From: a virus
IMG/VR virus record: IMGVR_UViG_3300017978_000296
Span: 1 to 62,982 of that record
DNA length: 62,982 nt
Reading direction: 5' to 3' (one strand)
The notes under the pieces are model-generated. The model was given only the letters and a program-made list of their open reading frames with translations. It had not been told where the DNA came from and did no database searches. The translations under genes were made by a program, and so were the position numbers. Positions within the stretch are counted from its first letter, which is position 1; every line of letters begins with the position of its first letter. This document shows, one piece after another, positions 1 through 8,501 of the stretch.

Positions 1-101
1 GTCACTCCCGCGTAGCCTCCGCCACCGATCACCGGCAGGGCCGTTAGGATCAAGCCAAGCATCATCTGCGGTGACAAGCTCAAGGAGAAAGTCTTGCTGT
101 C
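1..101. repeat. Terminal duplication, copy 1 (identical to 62882-62982)
   Basis: Direct base-by-base comparison of both window ends. This is either an assembler overlap of a circular contig or a short direct terminal repeat. Confidence 0.95.
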
Positions 102-113
102 GTCTGTACTCAT
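1..113 (-). CDS. 5' end of the junction-spanning membrane-anchored coiled-coil protein (continues 62881->62488)
   Basis: ATG at 113-111 is preceded by AGGAG with a 7-nt spacer. It is in frame with track ORF 62488..62964 through the duplicated 101 nt and adds MSTDDSKTFS to the N terminus. Confidence 0.6.
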   Translation of the reverse strand, partial: MSTDDSKTFSLSLSPQMMLGLILTALPVIGGGGYAGV

Positions 114-142
114 TGGGTAGCTCCTGCTTCAAAGAAAGTTGT

Positions 143-1473
143 TCAACGATTGTCGGTTGTCTCGGCATTGCCCCGATCAGCGTTAGCCTCTGGACCAGGG
201 CCGCTGCCCTCGCACCACTCCCGGCAGACGACTTCGGAGCAGGCGAGGCCGCTGATGGGGCATCTGAAGTTCCCGAGGTGGTTTGGCTTGGGGGTGGGGA
301 CTCGCTGGCCTGGGTCGGTTGCGACGAAGGGGCCTCTGGCGTATCGGTAGGTTGCGTCATCATCTGCGCAGGCCCAGGAAGGGCAGTTGCAGGTGCGATG
401 GGGATTACGGGTGCAGACATGACGGGACTGCTCGGATTGAGCGGACTTACCGGGCTGACTGGCGACAGGACGTTGGTTGGATTCGTCATCGACTTCACGC
501 AACTGTCGGATGTAGTCTGCCAAACGCCTGACCACACCGGAGACCCATACGGATCGGGGCATGTACTCGTCATTGACTGGGTGATGCCGCCCGTGAACCC
601 TGCCGGACACGACAGTGTTTGGCTTTGCGCCCCCACTTGGCATGTGGGTGGGTTCGCTGTGCATGTGTTCTGCGTGAGCGTCCATTCGCTCCACGACTTC
701 TGGCTGTACGGAGTCGCGCACGTCCCCAAGCGGCTGTATGTCTTGATACCGCTGAAGTTTGCTGGACACGACTCGCTGCGCGTCTCTGTGCTCGGGGTGC
801 AAGTTGCTGGGTTCCATACGCATGCGTCCCTGGTTAACGTCCACACACCGAAAACCGGCTGTCCGTAAGGATTTGGACAGGTGCTCTGGCGCGTGAACTC
901 TTTGATGCCGCTTTGGTTTTGCTGGCAGCTCTCCGTCCTGCTTTCCGTTGCGGCTTGGCAGGTTGGAGGGTTAGGGACACAAGTGTTCTGCTCCTGCCAA
1001 GGCTGCCAGATGGGTTGTCCGTATGGGTCAGGACAGACGCTGGCTCTTGTTCGCTGGATTGTGCCGCTGGTGTTGACGGGGCAGGCGAGCTGCTGTGATT
1101 CAACGCTGGCTTGGCAAGTTGGAGGCGCTGGCGTGCAGGTATCCGAGACTTTGAACCACGCGCCTGTCGTAGCAGTTCCAGCAAGGCAGATAGTGTCTTG
1201 CTTCCAGGTTTCTGTTCCGTTGAAGTTAACGGGGCATGGCCGTTGCTCAGTGATCGAGGAAGGCGTGCAGGAAGGCGCTGGTGGTTGGTATGCAGCACAG
1301 AATGCAAGCTGCCAGTCTGCGTTGTAAGCCCCTGGCTGACAGGCCCAACAGGTTGCGTTGGCCGTGCAGTGCCCAGCAAACCCTGGACGCGCAGGACCGG
1401 CACAGAAACAGCTTTGGGCCAGTGCATTACTTGTCCCCAGAAGGAGCAGCAGTGACAGTAGGAACCTTGCCAT
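143..1473 (-). CDS. Secreted cysteine-rich tandem-repeat protein (~443 aa if a -1 frame change occurs near 420-430; otherwise reads through the junction to a stop at 62861)
   Basis: Own translation; not in the ORF track. ATG 1473 gives the signal peptide MARFLLSLLLLLGTSNALA|QS. Four to five ~50-aa modules follow, with conserved TC-x-NPPTCQ...SC...SGI...CP[DN]PYG.P.W..W...C spacing. The tail after ~420 is better supported in the frame of track ORF 143..844, which has higher GC3, a CTRNPHRTC motif and a stop 29 nt before the next gene's ATG. Confidence 0.5.
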
Positions 1474-1876
1474 ACAGCTTCTTGAACCTTTCCGGGTGCA
1501 GCGTCACCCATGCCGCTCGAGCAGCATCACCGATGGAGCCTCCGATGGGGCATGGCGAACCCGACATCTCCATTGCTTCCCAGACGCGCAGGTCAGCGCA
1601 CAGGATGGCCACAGCGCCGACTTTCAATCCTTGGTTCGACAGCTCTCGAGCCAGCTTGATGCGCTCGCAGTTCCCGTCTGTGACGGTCGTGCCACCAGCA
1701 ATACCGATCACGGTGGATGACACAGCACCCGAAACAGGGATCGCGCAGATGTCGCTGCCCATTGCGGCGATGGATGGAGCCATCGCTGTCGGGGGTGGTT
1801 GCCCCTTGTAGTTGATGGTCGTGTCCTGTGCGTAGACCGCAGCAGGCATGAGCAACGCAACAAGCAAGCGCTTCAT
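1427..1876 (-). CDS. Secreted protein, 149 aa, function unknown
   Basis: Track ORF 1427..2047 trimmed to ATG 1876, which gives the signal peptide MKRLLVALLMPAAVYA|QD. Contains four Cys and sits directly after the 69-aa gene. Confidence 0.6.
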   Translation of the reverse strand: MKRLLVALLMPAAVYAQDTTINYKGQPPPTAMAPSIAAMGSDICAIPVSGAVSSTVIGIAGGTTVTDGNCERIKLARELSNQGLKVGAVAILCADLRVWEAMEMSGSPCPIGGSIGDAARAAWVTLHPERFKKLYGKVPTVTAAPSGDK

Positions 1877-1878
1877 GG

Positions 1879-2088
1879 TCAGCCCCTTACGTGGCCCGCG
1901 ATCCAGGCAACGAACGCCCCGACGCTGGAGGCGATGGTCATCCCCATCCAGAAGCCACCCTTGGACTTGTTGGCCAGCTCGAGCAACTGCTCGATCTGCG
2001 TTTCCATGCGGTCGATCTTCTTGTCCATGTTCTGCACGCGCTCCCACAGCACGCCGTACTTAACTGGGTCGATTTCTCCGGGTTCCAT
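1879..2088 (-). CDS. Small coiled-coil protein with a C-terminal TM helix, 69 aa
   Basis: Track ORF. The C-terminal hydrophobic stretch is FWMGMTIASSVGAFVAWIAG. Lies immediately downstream of tail fibre 1. Confidence 0.6.
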   Translation of the reverse strand: MEPGEIDPVKYGVLWERVQNMDKKIDRMETQIEQLLELANKSKGGFWMGMTIASSVGAFVAWIAGHVRG

Positions 2089-2136
2089 CGCTCATGATTC
2101 TTTCTGCCTTAGGCGTTAAGTTGATTCAGGCCCCTA

Positions 2137-4929
2137 TCAGGGGTGCAACAATGACTCGAGGCGGGCAATGCGGGCTTCCTGCTCGACCACGCGCTTTGCG
2201 AGTTCGATGGCGGACACCAGCGCGGCGTTGCCGTATGCCAGCGACAGCGTTTTCTCGTCGTCGTAGCCGATTTGCACGACTTCTGGAAGCAGCGCCTGCC
2301 AGTCCTGCGCGGAGGAGCCTGCTTGCCGCTCGTCGCTGTCGATGCGGGTGTAGGTGCCGCTCTTCACGGTGGCCAGGCGCTCGATGAAGTCTGAAGCCAG
2401 CGCAGCCCAATCTTTCTTCAGGCGTTCGTCCGAGTTGGCGGTGACGTTGCCGCCAGCGGTAAAGTCACCAGTGGCGATTAAGTTCGAGCCGCCAGAATGG
2501 TAGAGCGCAGATACCGTGTAACCGGATCGGTGAAAAGAAATACCAACGTTGCCCCCGTCGGTGTTCCTGATCTCGAGCTGCGAATTGTTCCAAGTCGGAA
2601 CTGCGGTGCCAATGTTGCAGCCAATCGCGTTCTGAGCCGCCCTTCCCAGCCCATACGTCGCAGTGAGTGCGCCACTGAAGGTCGAATATCCGGAGTAGTT
2701 GCCGGCGTGAAGAACCAGATGTGAGCTGTCGGTGGCGTAGAAGTTTCCATCGGCGTACACATCAACTACACCACCCGTGGATGAGAAACCGAATCGGAAG
2801 TTACCGCCGTTGAAGGTGTAGCCGTGGTAACCGCCACCGCCAGCCCAAGCACTGTTGCTGATTGTGTGGCCGCTAAGGTTCAGGCTGGTTGGAACGTAGC
2901 CGGTGTAGTTGCCTGCGTGGAGAACTATGTTGTTGTTAACAAAAGCATTGCTCGAGTTGACCGCAAAAGAAGACCCAGTTGCTGTTGCAGTGCCGTTCGG
3001 GTGCAGGCCGATTGTGTCAGACCCATCTCGCCCAGACGAGCCTTGAAAGTAGCTGATGCCATACGTGGTCGCGTTCCCGAAGTACCAGATCGGGTTGCGT
3101 ACACCAGAAGACCAAGTGGCATTGGCAAAGCCGTTATTTCCGCCAGAAGACACCTGTCCCGGAGCGGAAAAGTTGGCCCCGCTAAACGAAAACGCGTTTC
3201 CAAACGAGTTGGTGCGAATGCTAATGCTTCCGGGCGAATTGATGTAAAGCGTGCTGTCGCCAGTTCCACCGCCCGTGAGGCCCATGTTCGACGAATCCGC
3301 TGAATTGCCGTTCAGCGAGATGGCGTTGTAGTTGGTCGCAGTCGAATTGCGGCCAATAAACAGGTTGCTGGATGCCCCCGTCGTCAACGTGCCGCCGCTC
3401 AGCGGCAACTTAGTCGGGTCCGTGCCGCTCACCGTGAGGTCGCCAGAGCCCAGCACCGAAGCGCCGTTGATGGTGCGAATGTTGGTGCCGGAGACGAGGC
3501 TTGTTTGTGGCGTGAAGCCCAGCGCGGTCGTAACGTCCGAAGACGTGAGCGTCACCGCGCCCGTGCGACCGAACACAGACTGCACTGGTGCAGTCACTGT
3601 CGACGTGATGGTCACGTCGACTTCTTCGTTCGCGGAGTCGTCGGCGATGCTCAGGCTGATGCCTGTGCCGGGAATGAAGTTGATGTTGCGCCGAGTCCCA
3701 ACCAGCGTGCCGTTGTTCTCGACACCCACGCGGGCGTTGCCTGTGTTGGTGATGAAGCCAGTTGGGTTGGTCGCGTTGTATGGGGTGAAGCCCAGCGCAG
3801 TCGTAACGTCCCCAGAGCTCAACGTGACCGCGCCTGTGCGCGTGTTGAAGCTGGTTACGCCGCCGTCGATCTGAATGTTGCCCGAGCCGAGGATGTTGTT
3901 GCCGTTGACGGTCTTGAGACCTTGCCAGGACGGAGTGGCGGCGGAGCCCTGAGACGTGAGCACCTGATCGGCTGTGCCGTAGTTCGGTGACGCTGGCCCA
4001 CCAAGCCCCAGAGGCGCGGCGAGCATGAAGTTGCCGCCGATGAAGTTGGACGCAGCGCCATCCATGTACAGGTTCCAGCGACCGGCTCCGGCAGGGATGG
4101 CCCCCCGGAAGCCGATGTTGGTGCTGGCTCCGGTCATCGTCGAGTCGGCGCGGAAGCCCACCTGAGTCGTCACGGCGGAGCCAGCCCCGAACGTCGCGTT
4201 CTGTGTGGCCTCGAAGTGATACAGATTCGACAGCGTGAACGATGCCGCCTGCGTGTTGGCGACAGTGCGGTAGTACGAGGCGCGGGTCGTTGCATCGGAC
4301 TGCACCGCGCCGTCGACCAGAATGCTCTGAACGCTCACCGCGCCAGTGATACCAAGACCAACTCGCAGGTTCTCGTTGTTCAGGACCAGCGAGCCGATGC
4401 CCAGCCGACCAGCGAGGTGGTTGGCTGCGGTGCCGTCCATGTACAGGTTCCAGCGGTTCGCGCCCGACGGGATTGCACCACGGAATCCGTAGTTGTTCGT
4501 GCCGCCCGTGAAGTTAGACGAGACGAGGTAACCAACCTGCGTGGTAACCGTACTGCCCGCGCCGATGGTGCCCTGCGCCGCGAAGAATGCGGACGTCTGG
4601 CCGACAGTGAACGACGCGGCTGCGGTGCTGACCGTGCTGACCAAGCCCCGGGCCTCTGCGGTCACATCCGACTGAGCCGTGGTGTTGATCTCGGCTGCGC
4701 CCCGAGTCGTTGCCCCAGTGATGTTGCCGCCGACTCTGAACAGGTAGTTGTTCAGGAAGGTCGTGTTGACGCCCAGTGCACCCGTGCTGATTAGCAAGTT
4801 GCCGGTGAGCGTACCGCCGGAGCGAGGGAGCATCGTCCCAAGCTCAGCGTCTAGGTTCAAGAAGTTGGCATCGACCTCCGCGTTGGTTAAACCGGAGCCT
4901 TTGCCAGCGCGGGTGACGATCGTTGCCAT
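2137..4929 (-). CDS. Tail fibre 1 (930 aa) with C-terminal S74-type intramolecular chaperone domain
   Basis: Track ORF with two ~110-aa tandem internal repeats. GAVTL[ST]S.DVTTALGFTP fibre repeats occur twice. The C terminus SDERLKKDW...AYGNAALVSAIELAKRV (nt 2137-2433) is the self-cleaving chaperone signature. Confidence 0.9.
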   Translation of the reverse strand: MATIVTRAGKGSGLTNAEVDANFLNLDAELGTMLPRSGGTLTGNLLISTGALGVNTTFLNNYLFRVGGNITGATTRGAAEINTTAQSDVTAEARGLVSTVSTAAASFTVGQTSAFFAAQGTIGAGSTVTTQVGYLVSSNFTGGTNNYGFRGAIPSGANRWNLYMDGTAANHLAGRLGIGSLVLNNENLRVGLGITGAVSVQSILVDGAVQSDATTRASYYRTVANTQAASFTLSNLYHFEATQNATFGAGSAVTTQVGFRADSTMTGASTNIGFRGAIPAGAGRWNLYMDGAASNFIGGNFMLAAPLGLGGPASPNYGTADQVLTSQGSAATPSWQGLKTVNGNNILGSGNIQIDGGVTSFNTRTGAVTLSSGDVTTALGFTPYNATNPTGFITNTGNARVGVENNGTLVGTRRNINFIPGTGISLSIADDSANEEVDVTITSTVTAPVQSVFGRTGAVTLTSSDVTTALGFTPQTSLVSGTNIRTINGASVLGSGDLTVSGTDPTKLPLSGGTLTTGASSNLFIGRNSTATNYNAISLNGNSADSSNMGLTGGGTGDSTLYINSPGSISIRTNSFGNAFSFSGANFSAPGQVSSGGNNGFANATWSSGVRNPIWYFGNATTYGISYFQGSSGRDGSDTIGLHPNGTATATGSSFAVNSSNAFVNNNIVLHAGNYTGYVPTSLNLSGHTISNSAWAGGGGYHGYTFNGGNFRFGFSSTGGVVDVYADGNFYATDSSHLVLHAGNYSGYSTFSGALTATYGLGRAAQNAIGCNIGTAVPTWNNSQLEIRNTDGGNVGISFHRSGYTVSALYHSGGSNLIATGDFTAGGNVTANSDERLKKDWAALASDFIERLATVKSGTYTRIDSDERQAGSSAQDWQALLPEVVQIGYDDEKTLSLAYGNAALVSAIELAKRVVEQEARIARLESLLHP

Positions 4930-4944
4930 TCAGATGACCTTGGA

Positions 4945-5394
4945 TTAGGAAACAGTGACGGCCCAGGTGATGCTCATGGCATCGTCAGCGCCCTTGTTCA
5001 CCACGGCGAACACGGTGCGGCACAGCAGAGTTCCGCCGGTTACAGCGTTGAACACGCCAGCTTCAGTCACAGCGCCGGTGCCAGTACCTGCCGGGAACGA
5101 CGCGGTGTAGGTCACAACAGCACCAGAAACCGTGCTCGACGCCAGAGCGACACGACCGAGCTGAGAGCCCAGTGCCGTGTCACCCGCGGCTGCGGCAACC
5201 GTGCCAGAACCGATGGCCATGTGGGTCATGGCTGCGGGGCTGTTAGTCGTCGTCTTGAGCATGCTCTGGGCGATGAACTGCTTCCCGGCGGTGACCACCA
5301 GGTTCTTGATCTGGCGCTGGTCCTTGACCTCGCCGTTAGGGCCGGTGATCGTGACAGTGACGTCGCCGGTGACTTTCAGTGTTTCATTGAACAT
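4945..5394 (-). CDS. Virion structural protein, 149 aa (beta-rich, fibre/tail associated)
   Basis: Track ORF with an AAGGAG RBS upstream of ATG 5394. Lies between structural genes and has high GC3. Confidence 0.75.
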   Translation of the reverse strand: MFNETLKVTGDVTVTITGPNGEVKDQRQIKNLVVTAGKQFIAQSMLKTTTNSPAAMTHMAIGSGTVAAAAGDTALGSQLGRVALASSTVSGAVVTYTASFPAGTGTGAVTEAGVFNAVTGGTLLCRTVFAVVNKGADDAMSITWAVTVS

Positions 5395-5405
5395 GGTTCA
5401 CTCCT

Positions 5406-6761
5406 TCAAAATGTACGGGTTGTCCCGACGTAATCCTCTGCGAAATAGGTCAGGTCGCAGTAACCCTGGTTCACCAGCGACCCGGCATCGGCAACAGCCG
5501 CCGAGTGTGCTTTTGTGAGCGAAAAGCCGATCACGTCCGAATCGCCAACAAAGGCAACGTTGGCAAACGACTTTGAGACTTGAGTCAGCAGACCATCAAC
5601 GGTCTCGGCTGAATCGTTCATTGCCACGCCGTCCTGGATCGCACGTTCGATTCCCAGGGCCGTGGCTTCGGCAAACGCAATGCTGTCGGCCAGCACGCTG
5701 GCAATGCTCAACGAACTTGCGTCCGTCGAACCTACCGAGTGCGCGAGCACCTTCGAGCTGTTTAGCGCCTGCGCGTCGATGGGGGCCGCAGATGACTGCG
5801 CGGGCTTGTCGAAGCTCCAGAACTCCAAGTCCGTGGCGGTTGCATCGCTTTGCCGGGCACTCGAGAACGAAAACGACGAAGCGTCGACAGCTTGGGCTGC
5901 ATGCGACAGAGGCTTCGACATGCTGGTCGCAACCAGCTCGACAAAAGAAACAGCGTCTGCAACTGCCTTGCTGACTGCGCGCTGTGCCGCGTCCTGGAGG
6001 GCTGCTGCATCGAACAGGCCCTTTTCAACCAGTTCACTCGTGGTGTCAGAAACACCAACGGACTCGAACTTGGTGAGCTGCGGCTCGAGCACCGAGGAGT
6101 CAGTAACCGGCTGGGCGTCGGCAACGGATTTCTGGACGCTTGCAACTGTGACGTCGCCCGCGAAGACGACGTTCATCACCGTCTTGACAGCCTGGAACGT
6201 GATGCCGTCAGCAAGGTCTGCGGAGTCGTTCATCGCAACGCCGTCAGCGATTGCTTTGTTGACCACCAGGCTTTGAACATCAACCGTGCCGAGACTGTCG
6301 GCCAAAGCCTTTGCAATCTGGAGTTGTTGCGCGTCGGTGAGCGGCGTCGAGTCCGCCAGGTTGCGGATGAAGATCAGGACCTTCGTGAAGTCCTCGGTGA
6401 GCCCGACTGAATCCACCAGGCTCTTGGCGCTGTTCAGCACAGAGGCGTCGGCTACGCCGACCGAATCTTGCGAAGCCTTGCCGATGGACAAGCGGGCCGA
6501 GTCGGAGATGGCCGCTATCTCCTGGACATACCGGAAGCGACCGGTGGTGTCGAGGCGTGCCCCAACAACCAGCTCGACGTAGCTCAGCTTGCTGACTGGA
6601 ATAACGGCGGTGACCGCAGCATTTGCGACAGCCGCCGAGGACGCGGCAGCCAACACGGACGCTGTGACGTCGCCCGCCAGTACCGTCACGACAACACCTA
6701 CCCGAGGCCGAGAGCTGTTAACTCCCGCGACCGGGTTGAGGGTCGTGACCTTGATGCCCAT
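5406..6761 (-). CDS. Structural protein with internal repeats, 451 aa
   Basis: Track ORF; its ATG overlaps the upstream stop (TGATG). AIxDGVAMNDSA...V.F.GD blocks are duplicated and AK.L.DS.G units recur. Confidence 0.75.
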   Translation of the reverse strand: MGIKVTTLNPVAGVNSSRPRVGVVVTVLAGDVTASVLAAASSAAVANAAVTAVIPVSKLSYVELVVGARLDTTGRFRYVQEIAAISDSARLSIGKASQDSVGVADASVLNSAKSLVDSVGLTEDFTKVLIFIRNLADSTPLTDAQQLQIAKALADSLGTVDVQSLVVNKAIADGVAMNDSADLADGITFQAVKTVMNVVFAGDVTVASVQKSVADAQPVTDSSVLEPQLTKFESVGVSDTTSELVEKGLFDAAALQDAAQRAVSKAVADAVSFVELVATSMSKPLSHAAQAVDASSFSFSSARQSDATATDLEFWSFDKPAQSSAAPIDAQALNSSKVLAHSVGSTDASSLSIASVLADSIAFAEATALGIERAIQDGVAMNDSAETVDGLLTQVSKSFANVAFVGDSDVIGFSLTKAHSAAVADAGSLVNQGYCDLTYFAEDYVGTTRTF

Positions 6762-7093
6762 CAGAAGTCCTCACGCACCTTGAACTTCAAGATGTCGTAG
6801 ACCGACTGGACGGTGTTGTCCGCGAAGGTGATCTCGATCTCACCCTCGTAGTCGCCGGGCTGCCCCTGGAGCATTTCAGGTGCGGACGCGGGGTAGAACA
6901 CCACCTGACCGGCAGGGCCGTCGGTGACTGCGCCCACCACGGTGGCGGTGAGCTCAACAGCCCCAGCCTCGCGGAACTTCAGGCGCACCGTGGCACCGGT
7001 GAGGTTGAGCGCGACGCCGGTCACATCGTCGGTGATGTTGCAGACCAGCGCGGGCTTTGTGTCGCCCTGAACCAGCTTGATCTTTTCAGACAT
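6761..7093 (-). CDS. Small beta-sandwich (Ig-like/BppU_N-like) structural protein, 110 aa
   Basis: Track ORF. The pattern VQGDTKP...L.LTGATV.L.F resembles phage Ig-like N domains. Located in the head-tail block. Confidence 0.7.
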   Translation of the reverse strand: MSEKIKLVQGDTKPALVCNITDDVTGVALNLTGATVRLKFREAGAVELTATVVGAVTDGPAGQVVFYPASAPEMLQGQPGDYEGEIEITFADNTVQSVYDILKFKVREDF

Positions 7094-7103
7094 GCACTAC
7101 TCC

Positions 7104-7766
7104 TTACGCCTTGGGCGTAGCCACTGCGGTGGCGTTGGCCTCCACAGTCATCGCGTTGGTGAAGGCCTGGTAGTGCGCAGTGGCACGGGCTGCGTTGCCT
7201 GCGTACTCGGTGTCCTTGGAGTAGGCGCGGTACAGGACGTAGTCGGCCAGCGCGTTGGCGTGGATGTCGGGCACACTGATGTCGCCCGTCACCGCTGCGA
7301 ACGTCGAGCCGTCCGCGGGCTCTGTGAGCGCGGCGGGGTACGCGGAGTAGATGATGTCGAGCACTGCACCCGAGGCAGCCGCAGGCGGGTACACGTAGAA
7401 CACCCGGGGGTCCCGAGGGTCGTACGTGAAGTGCAGAATTTCGGTCGCGCCGGTGAGGTTGTGCCAGTTCGGCACCTGGGCATCCAGAATCATGCGGTTC
7501 GTCATGCGGACGGCCCGCTTGGACGCTTGGCTGTTGTTGCGCACGATGTCGAGCAGCTTGGAGCCATTGCTTGGCAGCGCCTGCTTGGCACCGGCAACAA
7601 GAGTCAGGGTGCTGTTGGTCACCATCGCATCTGGGCGGTACTGGACCACCTCGCGCTGACCATCGTTCAGATAGCGCACCAGCTCGTTGACGGGCCAGCG
7701 GATCGAGGTTGTGTCGTTCAGCGTCTCAACGACGCGGCGAATGATGGATTGCGCGGTAATCGCCAT
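7104..7766 (-). CDS. Head-tail adaptor/connector-like protein, 220 aa
   Basis: Track ORF, positioned after the capsid gene and abutting the upstream gene. Confidence 0.7.
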   Translation of the reverse strand: MAITAQSIIRRVVETLNDTTSIRWPVNELVRYLNDGQREVVQYRPDAMVTNSTLTLVAGAKQALPSNGSKLLDIVRNNSQASKRAVRMTNRMILDAQVPNWHNLTGATEILHFTYDPRDPRVFYVYPPAAASGAVLDIIYSAYPAALTEPADGSTFAAVTGDISVPDIHANALADYVLYRAYSKDTEYAGNAARATAHYQAFTNAMTVEANATAVATPKA

Positions 7767-8396
7767 TTAGAAGGCCCTCATCTTGACGCTCATGGATGAC
7801 TGCACGCGACCGTGCATTGCATCCGTGCGGGCGTTATTGGCCCCTGCTCTGGCGCGAACGGCCATGACCTGGGCTTTGGTTTCGTCGGAGAACGGCTGGT
7901 CCGGGATGGCCAGCAGGATGGCCTGCGCACCGTCAACGATTGTCTGCGCATAGCGCTCGAACAGAACGTTGTGGACGGTCGTCGCAGATCGCGTGGGCCT
8001 CAGGGCCGCACGCACGATCACGCCGCTGCGAACCGTGCGGTCGGGCGCGGGCAGCAGCGTAATGTTGAATACTTCGTCGATGTCCTCGCCATAGAAGTAG
8101 CGAGGCGTGCCAGGGGTGTCCGACATGTTTGTCGCCTGGGCATATGGGGCCGCTTCGATTTCGGTCCCGTCGAACCACAGGTTGAGCACCTGGGCGATAG
8201 TGGTATTCGTTGGCGTCTCGACCTCGAATGAGGCGATGCCTTCACGCAGCGTTACCGCGTCGAGCGTCGTGGTGACGGCGAGCGAACGGCTGCAAAACTC
8301 GATGGCGGAGTCCAGCAGAGCCTGCTGAGCTAGCGGCTCGGGGCACCCAAGAACACTGGGCAACAGTCGCGGAAAAAATGCACTGATTGGGACCAC
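7767..8396 (-). CDS. Head completion/connector-like protein, 209 aa (GTG start)
   Basis: Track ORF with GTG at 8396 and an AGGTGG RBS. It is the first gene after the capsid terminator hairpins. Confidence 0.7.
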   Translation of the reverse strand: MVPISAFFPRLLPSVLGCPEPLAQQALLDSAIEFCSRSLAVTTTLDAVTLREGIASFEVETPTNTTIAQVLNLWFDGTEIEAAPYAQATNMSDTPGTPRYFYGEDIDEVFNITLLPAPDRTVRSGVIVRAALRPTRSATTVHNVLFERYAQTIVDGAQAILLAIPDQPFSDETKAQVMAVRARAGANNARTDAMHGRVQSSMSVKMRAF

Positions 8397-8409
8397 GGCA
8401 CCACCTATG

Positions 8410-8496
8410 AAAAACCCGGCGAGGGCCGGGCCATTCTAACCTACTAACACTGTGTCATCAACAGCTAACAGGCAAGGGGGGCCTAAGCCCCCCTTG
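8410..8496 (-). terminator. Two hairpins downstream of the major capsid gene (attenuator/terminator)
   Basis: A perfect 10-bp stem lies at 8473-8482/8487-8496 with a 4-nt loop. A GC stem at 8415-8420/8425-8430 is followed by a T5 run on the minus strand (8410-8414). Confidence 0.5.
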
Positions 8497-8501
8497 TGCT
8501 A

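Noticed and set aside
71-1511. Track ORFs 71..868(+), 881..1327(+), 913..1098(+), 1111..1455(+) and 834..1511(-)
   Set aside because: These are shadow frames of the Cys-repeat gene. Their apparent internal repeats (AWQVGG..., PYGSG...) are out-of-frame images of the NPPTCQ/PYGQP modules. None has a signal peptide, an RBS or a coherent domain pattern.
2137-4929. Diversity-generating retroelement acting on the tail fibre
   Set aside because: No reverse transcriptase is present, and there is no template/variable repeat pair with adenine-specific differences. The internal repeats are ordinary protein-level duplications.
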